From Monocercomonoides exilis PA203 (taxonomy: Eukaryota; Protista; Preaxostyla), in contig LSRY02000021.1 in NCBI GenBank assembly GCA_001643675.2, forward strand, positions 186,001 through 250,000: a DNA stretch of 64,000 bases, read 5' to 3'. Within the stretch, counting starts at the first letter, position 1. Each line of letters begins with the position of its first letter. Shown here one piece after another: positions 12,290 through 24,513 of this stretch. A program made the translations under genes and the position numbers. The notes beneath the pieces are model-generated. The model was not told the origin of the DNA, made no database searches, and worked only from the letters and a program-made list of their open reading frames with translations.

Positions 12290-14663
12290 TCTTCTTTCTC
12301 TTCTTCTTTATCCTCTTCATTTGTTTTTTCTTCTTCAGCCAAACAAAAAAAAAGATGAAACAAAAGAAACAGTCAAAAAAAGTGAATTCAAAAAAGAAGG
12401 CAAAGCAAACACAGCTTGTAATTGATGAATACAAAGAAGAAAGATCATTCTCTTCTTTTTTTTCTTCACAATTATTGTATCATTGCCTTCTTTTTCCCAT
12501 TCAGATATTCAACTCATCATTCTTTCAATCTTCTCTGGAACTAATTTTCCGAATAGCATAATGATATCTTCTTTTTCAACAATCTTTTAATAAATTTATT
12601 GGGAGTTTTATTTCAACTTTCAGAGAAGTTTTTTTCCAGTGGAAATTCCGAAAGTCAGTCGAAAACAGACTTGTCAAATGGAAGTGAAATGAAGCATGCG
12701 AAATCGATTGAAAAAGCACACCCAAAGGGAGCAAATGTGAAGAGGAAGAGAAAAAAGTTGAAAGAAGTGGATTTTAAATACTTCATTTGGAGTTTGTATA
12801 AAAATAAGAGGTTTAAATAAGAATTTTACAACAAGTTTTCAATTGTGCAGTATTAAAGCTTCAAAATCTGTTTAATCGCGAACTAAATCATCAGATGCTT
12901 TATAATCTTAAAAAGTTCAATCGCATCTTCTGAAATCATACAGCACGTCATTCTTCGATCAGCTCCACCACTGGATTCCCACATACAAACCCATAAGAAC
13001 AAGCATGTTTTCTGAAGATGATGTGATGAACGAACTTTCGCAATCTTCATCCACGGCATTAGGTGATTTAAGTTTCATGATGGGTCGAGGGACTGCCAGA
13101 GATCTGGGGAGGAGAGGGATATTTTGATTAGCAGAACTGAAGTTGTGAATTGAATGGAACAGCAGCACGTTTCACATTCAGTCCAATTGCAAATTAATAC
13201 AAATCAGTATTCTCATGGAGCTAGAATGAAAATAAAAAGAAAGTGGAAAAAAAGAAAAAGAAAATTAGAATAAAGTTATCAGTTTTCAATTTTCTTTCTT
13301 TCTTTTCTTTTGTTTTGTTTTCTTTTGTTTTTGAATTCAAAAATGAAGCATTCTCAAAATATTTCATTATCAAAAATCCAGAAGATTATCGATTGTTTAT
13401 TATATTGTGAATGGAGAAAATATAAAAATTACAATTTTCATCAGCAAATTTCAATGCATTTCCTAAGGCGATCATGGAATAATTAGACTGATTTTTGTGT
13501 GTGAGAAAATATAAGTTCTTAACAACTTGAAATGATTATAATTCATTGAAACTTGCAATTTATTCTTAATATCCTTCTTTTTCCATTTGTTAAAAAAAAT
13601 CCATTTTTGAAGGCTGATTTTACGCTTTGCCAATTTGATCAACTTGTATTCCTTTCAATCTCCTATTGACGTTCATAAAAAAATCCAGATATTCATATGC
13701 CACATTGAAATAATATGCTGTTTGTTGTCACGAATCCAAAACAACAAAAGAAGTTCGGTTTATCAGCAAGGCATCAATTTACATGTGTTCGGTTAAGCGG
13801 ACTCTTCTCATCTGTTAAATGTTGTAATAACAGATTTCTGTGAAATGATTAATAGCCTTATTAAATAATATTATCATGCTGTGAGTGAATCCAGAATATT
13901 CTAAATTCCACAAACGGAGAATAAGAAATATAATACAAAAACGCTCAAAACCTTTGTTTTCTTGTTATCTCTTCATTCGTTTCATTTTCTTATTCAAATG
14001 ATAGATTCATCACCTTTTTCACTTTTATCAACAACTCAAACATTCTTTTTCTGCCATTCTTTCAAATTTCGAAATTTTCTCTTTCATATTCGATATTTCA
14101 CCTAAGAGATCAATTTATTGAAAAAATTGAAATTATTCTTCTTTCTTTTCAATCGACTCTTCAGTATTCAACCAAAGAAAAGCAAATGATTTGGTCAAAC
14201 CAATTATTGCATTTTAAACAGGAAATCCTTGCCGAATCCAAATGCTCAATATCATGTTCGCTATTCGCATCCTCAGCAACCACAGAAAGAATAGTTTCTT
14301 TTTATCGTTCAAATGAATGACTTGAAGAAAAATATTTTCCGAAACACAATATTCATAAAATTTTTGATATATATCATATTTGATCAAAGCAAAAAATAAA
14401 TGATAAAAAATAAGAATTTAAAACATCAAAATGAATAGGTAATGAAAAGAAAATACCAAAAATAACACATTAAATTCGATTATCTTTGAAAAACATTGCT
14501 GATTTGTTGCAAAATTCATGGACCGAAAAATTGTATGATTTCAAAAATAATGACCCATATAAAAAATAAAAATATTAAAAATCGGAAAAAAAAACTTTGA
14601 AAGAACTATGTGGGACAAAATTCATGAAAAGAAAATATATATCCCAGATTGGAAATATTAATA

Positions 14664-15059
14664 CAGTTTGTGCATAAAATACCGGACATCGCAAAAAATA
14701 CCTGACAAGATCGATTTCTCAATAACCGCAAGAGGAATAATTCTGAAAATATTCCTCAAAATTCATCTCATCAATGCAATCTCATTAGATAAACGAGACT
14801 TTCAAAACAGCTTCGCTTGAGCTCAGAAAAAATATATATCGAAATCTTGGAGAAACTTATAATCCTATTATTATGAGATACTTACAATTTTTTTTTCTGA
14901 GCACAAATGAAGCTATTTTGAAAGTTTTGCATGTCAAATGAGTTTGTATTGATGAGATATTTTTAGAGGAAAATTGACAGAAGTTTTCTTCTTGCTGTTT
15001 TTGAGACATCGATCTTGTCCGTTTTTTTTTGCGATGTCCGGTATTTAATGCACAAACTG
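14664..15059. mobile_element. Tc1/mariner-type MITE (396 bp) with about 170-bp imperfect TIRs and TA target duplication
   Basis: ta|cagtttgtgcataaaataccggacatcgc ... gcgatgtccggtatttaatgcacaaactg|ta. Inverted similarity continues to about 14830/14890. Confidence 0.9.
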
Positions 15060-15108
15060 TAATACCATTGGTGCCAAACCCGGAACTGGCAAATATTTGT
15101 GTATAGCA

Positions 15109-15503
15109 AGTGTTAATCATGGTGGACACTTTCAATAACTGTGGACAGTGAAATTATCTCAACAACCATTGATAGTTGCACTTCGATAATAAACCCAACT
15201 ATTCCTTCATTTAATATGAACTAATACGAATTGTTTCAATCACACATCAAAAACAATGAGATCATTTTAAATCATTTTTTCTTTTCGGAGAAACCCGGAG
15301 CAATAAGATTCTCCAAGTTTTTCCGAAAAAAGAAAATGTCATTTTCGATATTTCTGGAAGCTCATTGATTCATTGACATACGTGTTATAAGTTTGAATTC
15401 AATGAGGGAATAATTGGGATTATAGTCAAAATAAAACTATCAACAGTTGTTGAGATAATTTCGCTGTCCACAGTTATTGAAATTGTCCATCATTATCAAC
15501 ACT
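15109..15503. mobile_element. MITE (about 395 bp) with about 120-bp imperfect TIRs, nested inside the foldback element
   Basis: agtgttaatcatggtggacactttcaataactgtggacagtgaaattatctcaacaac is inverted at about 15445-15503 (gttgttgagataatttcgctgtccacagttattgaaattgtccatcattatcaacact). Confidence 0.8.
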
Positions 15504-15516
15504 AACAATAATTATA

Positions 15517-18116
15517 AAAAAATAATAACTAATTGCAAACAAAGAACGAAGAGCTCTCATTCAAAATTTGACTATGCTTATTATTATTTATTTATATTTT
15601 TTTATCAAAAACCCAAATACATTCGTATTCATAAAAATTGTTTAATTCGTCAATTATCCAAAAATAAATATTGTAAACAAGATAACAATAAAAATAAAAT
15701 ATCATATCACGATTTCCTTTATATTTGTGAATGAAAAATTAATATGTGGGTGATTATTTTTGAAATCAATTTTTTTGTATCAAAAATTTCGGTTTCTTAA
15801 TTATGTTTAAAAAATGTTATTGATGGACACAGAAAAGTGATGACTTCAATCAAAAACATCTTTGTCTTTCTTTTTCATCAACTATTAGCTTTTGGAACAA
15901 TTGAAAAACAACTTTATTTCAAAAGATGATTATTTGGCAAATAATTATGAATTTGCAAAATAATTAACATCCCGAAAAAAGTTATGATTTCAAAAATAAT
16001 CACCCATGTGTTAAAAAATATTTGAGATTCACATGACAAAATAATTTTTTCACATTTGATCATAACCATAAGAATGTGAAAAGTTATTGACAAGCTCAAC
16101 CACAACTTGTGAGAGATGTTTGCTTTAAATATTTCAAGAAGCCTTTAATAACAATTTATCTTTCTTTTAATTTACAACAATAATTTTATGAATACGTCTG
16201 CCAGATACCTGTTTTGTCTCAACCATGCTTTTTTTGGTAGCAGACGTTCCAAAAGTTAAGATTACAGTCTGTTATTATTGGAATGAAATTTGTTCTATTA
16301 TTATTTGCTATGCATCACTTTTAAAAGCTTCAAAAACGGGGCTATAACTGCAGTGTTTAATATATATTTTTTAAAGTTTGTTGGTATTTAATTTGTTCAA
16401 TGATAAGCCAAACTTTGTTTATGTATTATTTATACTAATGACTTACTGTAGTTAATATTTTGATTCAAATAAATACATGTTCAGCTATTATTTAAGTTGA
16501 TATTATTTATTAAAATTTGTTCAATTCTTTCTATGTTCAATTATCGTACTCGATCTACAATAAAATTTCTTGTGCATTTTCTCAATACATTATGTTTGTT
16601 GGAGTTTTATTTCAAAATTCTTTATTCTCACAAAAATATATGATGCATTTGTTAAGTCATTTTTTGAGTTTTATTTTTTTATTTATTTGTTTAAAATAGG
16701 TTTTTATTAGCTTCAAACAATAAGATCTTTTCAATTTTATAAATCAAGATTATATTCTTAAAAATTATGTCAAACATTTATATTTTTTCGATTTATTAAA
16801 ATTATCAAATTTAAAAACTGTATTTCTTTGGAGAGAAATACATTAACATGAGGAAAAAACAGTTCATGTTTATTGAATGAAAGAGGTTAATATTTTTTCA
16901 TGTTATAAAATCGAATTAACAAATAAAACAATTAATATCAATGATTTTTCTAACATAATAAAAACTCAAAAAATGACTTAACAAATGCATCATATATTTT
17001 TGTGAGAATAAAGAATTTTGAAATAAAACTCCAACAAACATAATGTATTGAGAAAATGCACAAGAAATTTTATTGTAGATCGAGTACGATAATTGAACAT
17101 AGAAAGAATTGAACAAATTTTAATAAATAATATCAACTTAAATAATAGCTGAACATGTATTTATTTGAATCAAAATATTAACTACAGTAAGTCATTAGTA
17201 TAAATAATACATAAACAAAGTTTGGCTTATCATTGAACAAATTAAATACCAACAAACTTTAAAAAATATATATTAAACACTGCAGTTATAGCCCCGTTTT
17301 TGAAGCTTTTAAAAGTGATGCATAGCAAATAATAATAGAACAAATTTCATTCCAATAATAACAGACTGTAATCTTAACTTTTGGAACGTCTGCTACCAAA
17401 AAAAGCATGGTTGAGACAAAACAGGTATCTGGCAGACGTATTCATAAAATTATTGTTGTAAATTAAAAGAAAGATAAATTGTTATTAAAGGCTTCTTGAA
17501 ATATTTAAAGCAAACATCTCTCACAAGTTGTGGTTGAGCTTGTCAATAACTTTTCACATTCTTATGGTTATGATCAAATGTGAAAAAATTATTTTGTCAT
17601 GTGAATCTCAAATATTTTTTAACACATGGGTGATTATTTTTGAAATCATAACTTTTTTCGGGATGTTAATTATTTTGCAAATTCATAATTATTTGCCAAA
17701 TAATCATCTTTTGAAATAAAGTTGTTTTTCAATTGTTCCAAAAGCTAATAGTTGATGAAAAAGAAAGACAAAGATGTTTTTGATTGAAGTCATCACTTTT
17801 CTGTGTCCATCAATAACATTTTTTAAACATAATTAAGAAACCGAAATTTTTGATACAAAAAAATTGATTTCAAAAATAATCACCCACATATTAATTTTTC
17901 ATTCACAAATATAAAGGAAATCGTGATATGATATTTTATTTTTATTGTTATCTTGTTTACAATATTTATTTTTGGATAATTGACGAATTAAACAATTTTT
18001 ATGAATACGAATGTATTTGGGTTTTTGATAAAAAAATATAAATAAATAATAATAAGCATAGTCAAATTTTGAATGAGAGCTCTTCGTTCTTTGTTTGCAA
18101 TTAGTTATTATTTTTT
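15517..18116. repeat. Long inverted repeat: arms about 15517-16672 and 16961-18116, spacer about 290 bp
   Basis: Arms are reverse complements. Identical spurious ORFs lie on opposite strands (15914-16105/17528-17719), and 16517-16699/16916-17116 are identical up to the inner arm boundary. Confidence 0.95.
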
Positions 18117-19162
18117 CCTAATTACACAAATATTTGCCAGTTCCGGGTTTGACACCAGGTTCCGAGTTTGGCACCAATGATAATTCGAAAAATTAGTGTT
18201 TATTCCAATAAATTTTTTTATTCAAATAAAAATTATTTATTTTGGATAAACAAAGTATTTCTTAAAATGCTGCTTTATGTGAACTTCATTTTTTCGTTAA
18301 ATCCATAAATAAATAGCTAAAAAATGCAATGTTCAGATATTATGAATGCATAAGGTTAATAATTATCTATTGTTCAAAACTGAAAATGATTGAATGGCTT
18401 TTTATTCCAATCTTAAGTTTGTTGACACTAATTTCAAACATCATAAAAACACTCAAATTAAGTTATTATCAACCCCAACAATTATAAATAGCTTTAATAA
18501 ACAAATTATAAACCTGAAAAAATGTCTTTTCATTGTTATTTAATTTGTTTTTCAAAATACCCATTCGAATTTTCAATTAGGGGACAGTTGTTTTTGAGAA
18601 AGATAACCCCAAAAAAAGAAAAATGATATATGAAACATATTATCAACACCTAAGAGTGTTGTGAAAGTTTGATTGAAAACATTTTGCCTTTTCATGAAGC
18701 ATATTTTTTATTTTTAGATACCCTTAAAGCAGAATTATGCCAAGGTTTCTCAAATAAGTTATTTTTATTCAGATAAAACCTTTCTATTCTCATTGTTTCA
18801 AATGCTAGGAAATGCTTGACTGCAAATGATATTATGGAAGAAAAAGTTTGGGACAAAATAAGGTTTTTATCCTGAGAGAAATAATTTCGTTTTAAGAATA
18901 TGTATCTTTCTGAAATTTTTTTTAAATAAATCTTCAAAAAACCATATTCCTAATGAAAAATTTTGACAAAGCAAGTTGAATAATTTTTTTATTCATTTCA
19001 TTAAAAAAAAGATCAAAACATTCTCTTCTATGTTTCATAAAAATGATAATTTTCACGATTACAATTAAATATCTTGCCATTATAAAAAATGAATATGAAT
19101 CCATTATTTCTATATTTTCAAATAAAATTCTCATTTTCTTCTTTATACACTGCCTAACATAA

Positions 19163-19691
19163 ATGTCGATACCTCAAACATTAGAACATTTTCAAAAAAT
19201 ACTTCCAATAGGTTATTTTGATGTAAAAACTGTTCATTGATTTTAAATTTGTTTATCTTAAAGATCTTGTTGAAAAATGTATTGGCTCAAAAATCTGGAT
19301 ACTTATGAGGAGCGATAAGGAATTCGTTGGCACTTTAAAAGGATTTGATGATTTTTTAAGTATGATTTCAAATAATTCTTTGGATTATAATTTGAGATTG
19401 ACTTCTGGTTGGAATTGCTTATGAAAAGATGTTGTTTTATCAGATGTTGACGAATTTGATCCACAGCCACAGGTTATTTCTTTTAATTCAACTGTTTGCT
19501 TTAACTTTTATTGTGTGTTCCAACAATCAAGGGTTTATATAAGCGTAACCATTTGAAACAACTTCTCTTAAATGGAACGAACATAGCTGTTTTGATTCCA
19601 GGTGGAACGTTTGTAGAAATCATTTTGATATTTTTAATGTTTGACCGAATTGTTTTTCAGGGGACCTTCACAGGAAAAACTCATATCTTAA
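19163..19691 (+). CDS. LSM5: U6 snRNA-associated Sm-like protein LSm5 (5 exons)
   Basis: Spliced translation MSIPQTLEHFQKILPIDLVEKCIGSKIWILMRSDKEFVGTLKGFDDFLNVVLSDVDEF...KQLLLNGTNIAVLIPGG matches the Lsm5 Sm1/Sm2 motifs. Confidence 0.93.
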
Positions 19692-19983
19692 ATAATCAAA
19701 ATCACTTCAAACAATTCACCAAATATAATTATTATTTTATGAAGCATTGAAGCATTTGATATCGTTTATATTTTGGCAATTTGTGTTTGGGTTCATAGAC
19801 TTTTATTTTGTTATAATGGTATGATGAGCAATACACTTGCAATTTTTGAAAACATTTCCAAAAGATACAAATAAGTAATAACATTTGTTAAACTGCAAAA
19901 AGGAAACTTTGCATTTCCATATTTTAAAATGCAATTCTAATAAAGATTTATAATTACAAAAAACGAAAAACTGAAATGAATAA

Positions 19984-22250
19984 ATGGATTATACAACATG
20001 TTTAGATTTGCAAAAAGAGTTCCCCAGCATTGAGATTGAGATCATTATTAACATTTTCACGAATAATCATTTTAACAAAGAAAAAACTTTACATGATCTT
20101 GAAGAATTGTTGGATGATGAAGTAACAATAAATGTTTGCTTTCAATCATTGCCTCATATTTCATTTCACTTTTCTTACAATGAAACGATTTATTTTGCAG
20201 GATCAAAAGTCGAATTCAATCAAAAGTTGTCAAATCCAATCAAATAAAAGAACTTCACAGCAATTCCAAAAGCGAAGTCAAAAATGCACTGATTCTCCAT
20301 TCGAAATAACTAAAACTTCATTGTCTAACAGTTATCGGACACATAAATATTTTGGAAAAAAGCACGAACACTTGATTGAAAAAAAGGAATTTAAAGATAA
20401 CGATTATGAAAAGATCGATACAAAAGATTTACTCAGCAATTCAAATTCCTTTTTGAAATCGCCTTCTTGTTGCACAAATCATAATAGAAAGAATACTAAA
20501 CCATACGAGCCATCTTCTCTTCTAAAATCAGAAAATGAATTTCATCCATTATCAGATACCAAGCCAATAGAATTTTCTTGTTCTTCAAAGTTATTAGATA
20601 GTGAAGATAATTCTTCAAAATTTAAGCGTAATGAAGTCGAAGACGATAAATGCACCCAAAAGAAGAAAAATGCAGAATACTACATTGATGAGGAAGAAAA
20701 AGAAGAACTTGAATTGCTTTCATTCTATTTTGAGGAAATGGAAATGATGGAAAATGAAGAAGCTGAAAGAAAGACCATTGAGATGCTAATTCGAGAAGGT
20801 GTGATTCAATTCAATAAAAATAAAAATTTCATCGGAAGTGGTAAAAAAAAACAGGGATTATTTGTTCAGAGGGAAGCAGAAGGAGATCAGCAAAAAAGGA
20901 AGTCAAAGAGCAGATTGATGTGGGGCTGCTTTTCAATCAAGCAAGCGAAGACCGTCAACAAAGCGATGCCTCTGCTGTTGTGCATTCTGTTCATCCGCCC
21001 TCTTTTTCTCATGATGGTTTAAAGACGAGCGTGAAGTTCTCGTCTGAGCAACCGAAGCAGCTCTGCCGAAGCAGCACTCGAAGAATATGGAATGTTATGG
21101 AGTCTCCGACTGTTGTTGTTAAAGGTGTGTGCATGAATAAATGACTAATATAATTTTATTCACAAACTGGATGATTATTTATTCTTTGAACTCAATTGCA
21201 TTTAATTTTTAATATCTTTCAATTTCTTATTCAAATTAGAATTATCTAAACAACTTCATTCTTCTTCATTATCTGAGGTGCATCCAGCATCACTTTCTCC
21301 TTCCACTTCTCCGTCACCGTCAACCTCCTCCTCCCCTTCTCCATCTCCTTCTCCAACTTATTTTTCTCATTCTCCCTCACCTGCAACTTCACCTTCTCCT
21401 CTGCCTTATTCTTCCCATTTGTTCCTCCAAGCATCCAAAGCCATCAGAGAAAAGCAATTTGCAACAGCTGCTTATTTTGGAGAGCTTGGAAGGGGCGAGA
21501 AAGAGAAAGAGGAAGCAGAAGAGATTGACAGATGGAAAGAACTCCTTCTGCCTGCGCTGGCTGATGCTGCATCACAAATGTTCACTGCGTCATCATCATC
21601 AACGTCAACGTCATCATCAACCTCATCACAAATAGCCAAACATCCATCTTCCCTTTCGATTGATGCTGCTGAATGCCCAACGCGTTCAGAAGCGAAAAAG
21701 GAGATGTGCATCGATTTGCACGAAGTTCGAGCGAAAGACGCTGCGGCTGCTGTTTCTGTTATTTTGGATTTGTTTGCTTCGAATGGGGTTGCTGAAACAC
21801 GTTCGAACATTCGCAGAAGAAGAAGGATTGCAAATAGAAGGAAAAGCTGCTCTGCTAAAGCGCAATTTGACATGTCTGAACATTTCATTTTGCCTGATGC
21901 ATGTCATTTTGTAGTTGGAAAGGGAATACACACAAAGAAGAAAAGGAGGGGTAGCGATTCTGTTCTGAAGTCAGTTGTGAAGAAAATATTGAATGTATGG
22001 AAAGGGTGAGCTTGTTTTGATGATGATAAAGAAAACAACAGAAATGTCTTTTTCTTTTGTGAAAATATGATTACATCTCAATGAATGATTTGCTAATTAA
22101 CTTTATTTTTTTGCATGATTTTCTGAATTTCTGCTATTCAACGCTGATAAAATGTCATTTATTTTGTTTCAGGATGCAAGGATTCCTCACGAGTTTGGAG
22201 CAGATGGATTCTTTACGATCTTTCCATCAAGCCATTTTATATTCATTTGA
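19984..22250 (+). CDS. CUE-like + Smr domain protein (Cue2/N4BP2-like endonuclease architecture), multi-exon
   Basis: N-terminal LQKEFPSIEIEIIINIFTNNHFNKEKTLHDL (CUE-like). C-terminal IDLHEVRAKDA...HFVVGKGIHT...SVLKSVVKKIL (Smr). Last exon ends at TGA 22248-22250. Confidence 0.75.
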
Positions 22251-22499
22251 ATTGTATTTATATGTTATTTATTATTTATCATTAAGTGTACAGTCCATTT
22301 GACTGATTTTTTCTTTTGAAAGTTTCTATTCAATGGCAAATAAAGTAAATTTATTTGCTGAGTAAATGTGCGTATATTTTTTTTCCAGAACAATTCTGTA
22401 AAAATACATCAAACAAAAAGTTTTGAGGAATTTTTGAATGTATCTTGTTTTTTCAACTATTTTAAATGTTTTATTTATCATCATTAATGATTTCCCAGC

Positions 22500-24158
22500 C
22501 AAAGAATAAAGGAAATAAAAAATTCCAATGATTCATTTTCACCCTGGCCTTTTTGAAGAAGTGATTTTTCCAGCTGCCCCAGTTTTGTTGTTCCTTTCCG
22601 CCCAGCAGAATGTTTCTGTTCCGCCTCTTTTTCTCTTCAATTGCCTCGTGGAATGCCAACGCCTCCTTCAAATCTCTGCTTCTTTCACCCCCTTTCGCAC
22701 TGGCTTTTCCTGTGCACTCACTGCTTTGTGAATATCTGTGTCGAAACTCCGCCTGCCAGACGAAATTCCAGCACAGCAAGAAAACAAAACAAGGCGAAAA
22801 CATAACTCTTGCCCAGATGCAAAAGCAACAAAAACATCAAAAAAAAAAACATTTTCTTTTTTCAAATTGATTTCCATTTCTTGCTGCTTCTCCTCTTCCT
22901 GCTCGCAGCACACCTTCAACTTCCACAAAGCGAATCTCCCTCGTTTTCTTTTCGTCGATCCGATACTCAAAGCTGGCCCCACAAAAAACAAAAGAGAAAG
23001 AGAGAAAGAGAGAAAGAAAGAGAAAGAAATATGAAGTCAAAGAAGCAGCAGAAAGCACCCATCAAAGCACACGTGTTGGCAAAGTTCACAGGCAGCGGGC
23101 GGCCAATTGCCTTTTTGTATGCTTCTGTCACCACCACCACAATCTCCGTCTTCCGCGCTGACACCATCAGATAGTCGTACTGGCACACCCGCCGCCACCA
23201 CCACCAGCAGCACCACCACCATCAAAAAACAGAGAAAGAATGAGAAAAGTCAAAAACTACCTTTTCTTCTTTGCTCACGAACCCCTCTCCAAAAACAGGA
23301 AAAAAAAAGATGTCAATTGCCCTCACTCTGCATGCCCCACACCTCAGAAGGCACTCTCAGCGCAAAGAAGTTGTCGGTCAGGCACGACAGGTTGATTGCC
23401 CCAAGCTCCTTTCGTTTCCGCACAGTTCGCCAAGCAAAAACAAAAACAAATGAAACAAAGAAAGCAAAGAAAACATAAAATGTGAAGGCACAGCAGGTGC
23501 GGAAAGGCCGGTGGCGCAACACCTGAAATGGGATCCTCCGCTTCACAATCAGACTCGAAGGCGTGATGCTGCACACTGCCTGGTCGGTCACTGCCAGCAC
23601 ACGCTTCTGCGTCTTCAGCCGCTTGTTCACCTTCATCACCTCGTCCGAAAACAGCACCTTCCTGTCTCCTGCCAGCGCGCACAGAGGACACACACAAAAA
23701 CGAGCAAGGCAAGCGATTATTGGAAAATGTGAAAAAAAAAATTAAAAAAGGAAATAAATCAAAGCCAGAATATCTCTCAAATGATTAAAAATAAAGAAAG
23801 CGCATTCATCACCACAACTATTGTCCCTTTCCCTTGGTGACAAACCCGCAGCTGTGAGCACCTTCATCACCTCCTCGTTGCTCTCCAGCTTCAATCCATC
23901 TCCAAAAAGCCCCTTTGCACTCGACGACCGCCTTCCCCCACAAAAAAAGCAAATACCCCAAGCACCCACAACACATGGCCCACCACCCGTTTCCAGTTGA
24001 AAATTAAAAAGTTTTTTAATGAAAGAAAAAATATCTTCTGGAAACAGCCAAAAACATCAGCCAAACCTCCGCTCCTTCTTCCCCATGAACAGCTGCTTTT
24101 CGGGCACACCCCTCCCCTCCAGCGGGTTTGCTTGCGCGGGTTCGGCGTCTGCACTCAT
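22500..24158 (-). CDS. Stand-alone myosin tail homology 1 (TH1) domain protein, multi-exon; 3' end approximate
   Basis: Exons give LFMGKKERR/SSAKGLFGDGL, VLFSDEVMKVNKRLKTQKRVLAVTD, KRRIP, INLSCLTDNFFAL, YDYLMVSARKTEIV, LPVNF, the class-I myosin TH1 motifs. ATG at 24158 lies about 22 codons before the domain. Confidence 0.8.
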
Positions 24159-24513
24159 CCTCGTCCAGCCCCCAGATCTTGCCCACTACAGCCACTTTTC
24201 CCTTTTCCCCTTTTTTCTCTTTTCGAGGTTTGCGAAGCCAACACAGCCTTATTCAGCCCCCTTCATGCCTTGAACCCTCCGCCCTATTTTTTGCTCCATA
24301 TTTTCTGTATGCTCCTCTGTCTGCGTGCTTCGCGAAGGAACGAGGAAAAAAGTTGGAAAACACACCCTTCACTTTTTCTTTGGCTGTTTCTGAGATTGAA
24401 AAAAATGCTTGTATTTCTCTGGCTGTGGGGAGTGGGGCTTGGGCAGTGTGCCTCGTATGAGGGTGTGTATTTTTTGGGTTGTGTGCAGGGCTGGGTCTGA
24501 AGTGCATTTTTGC

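Larger units (their letters stand above)
15065..18180. mobile_element. TA-flanked non-autonomous foldback-type element
   Basis: Left ta|ccattggtgccaaacccggaactggcaaatatttgtgta is inverted at 18123-18180 (with a duplicated subunit) and followed by |ta. It encloses a roughly 1155-bp inverted repeat. Confidence 0.75.

Noticed and set aside
12560-14330. Possible decayed minus-strand gene
   Set aside because: Only short stop-interrupted fragments with no recognisable motif.
15914-17719. Duplicated short ORFs on opposite strands
   Set aside because: By-products of the inverted repeat, with no protein-like composition.
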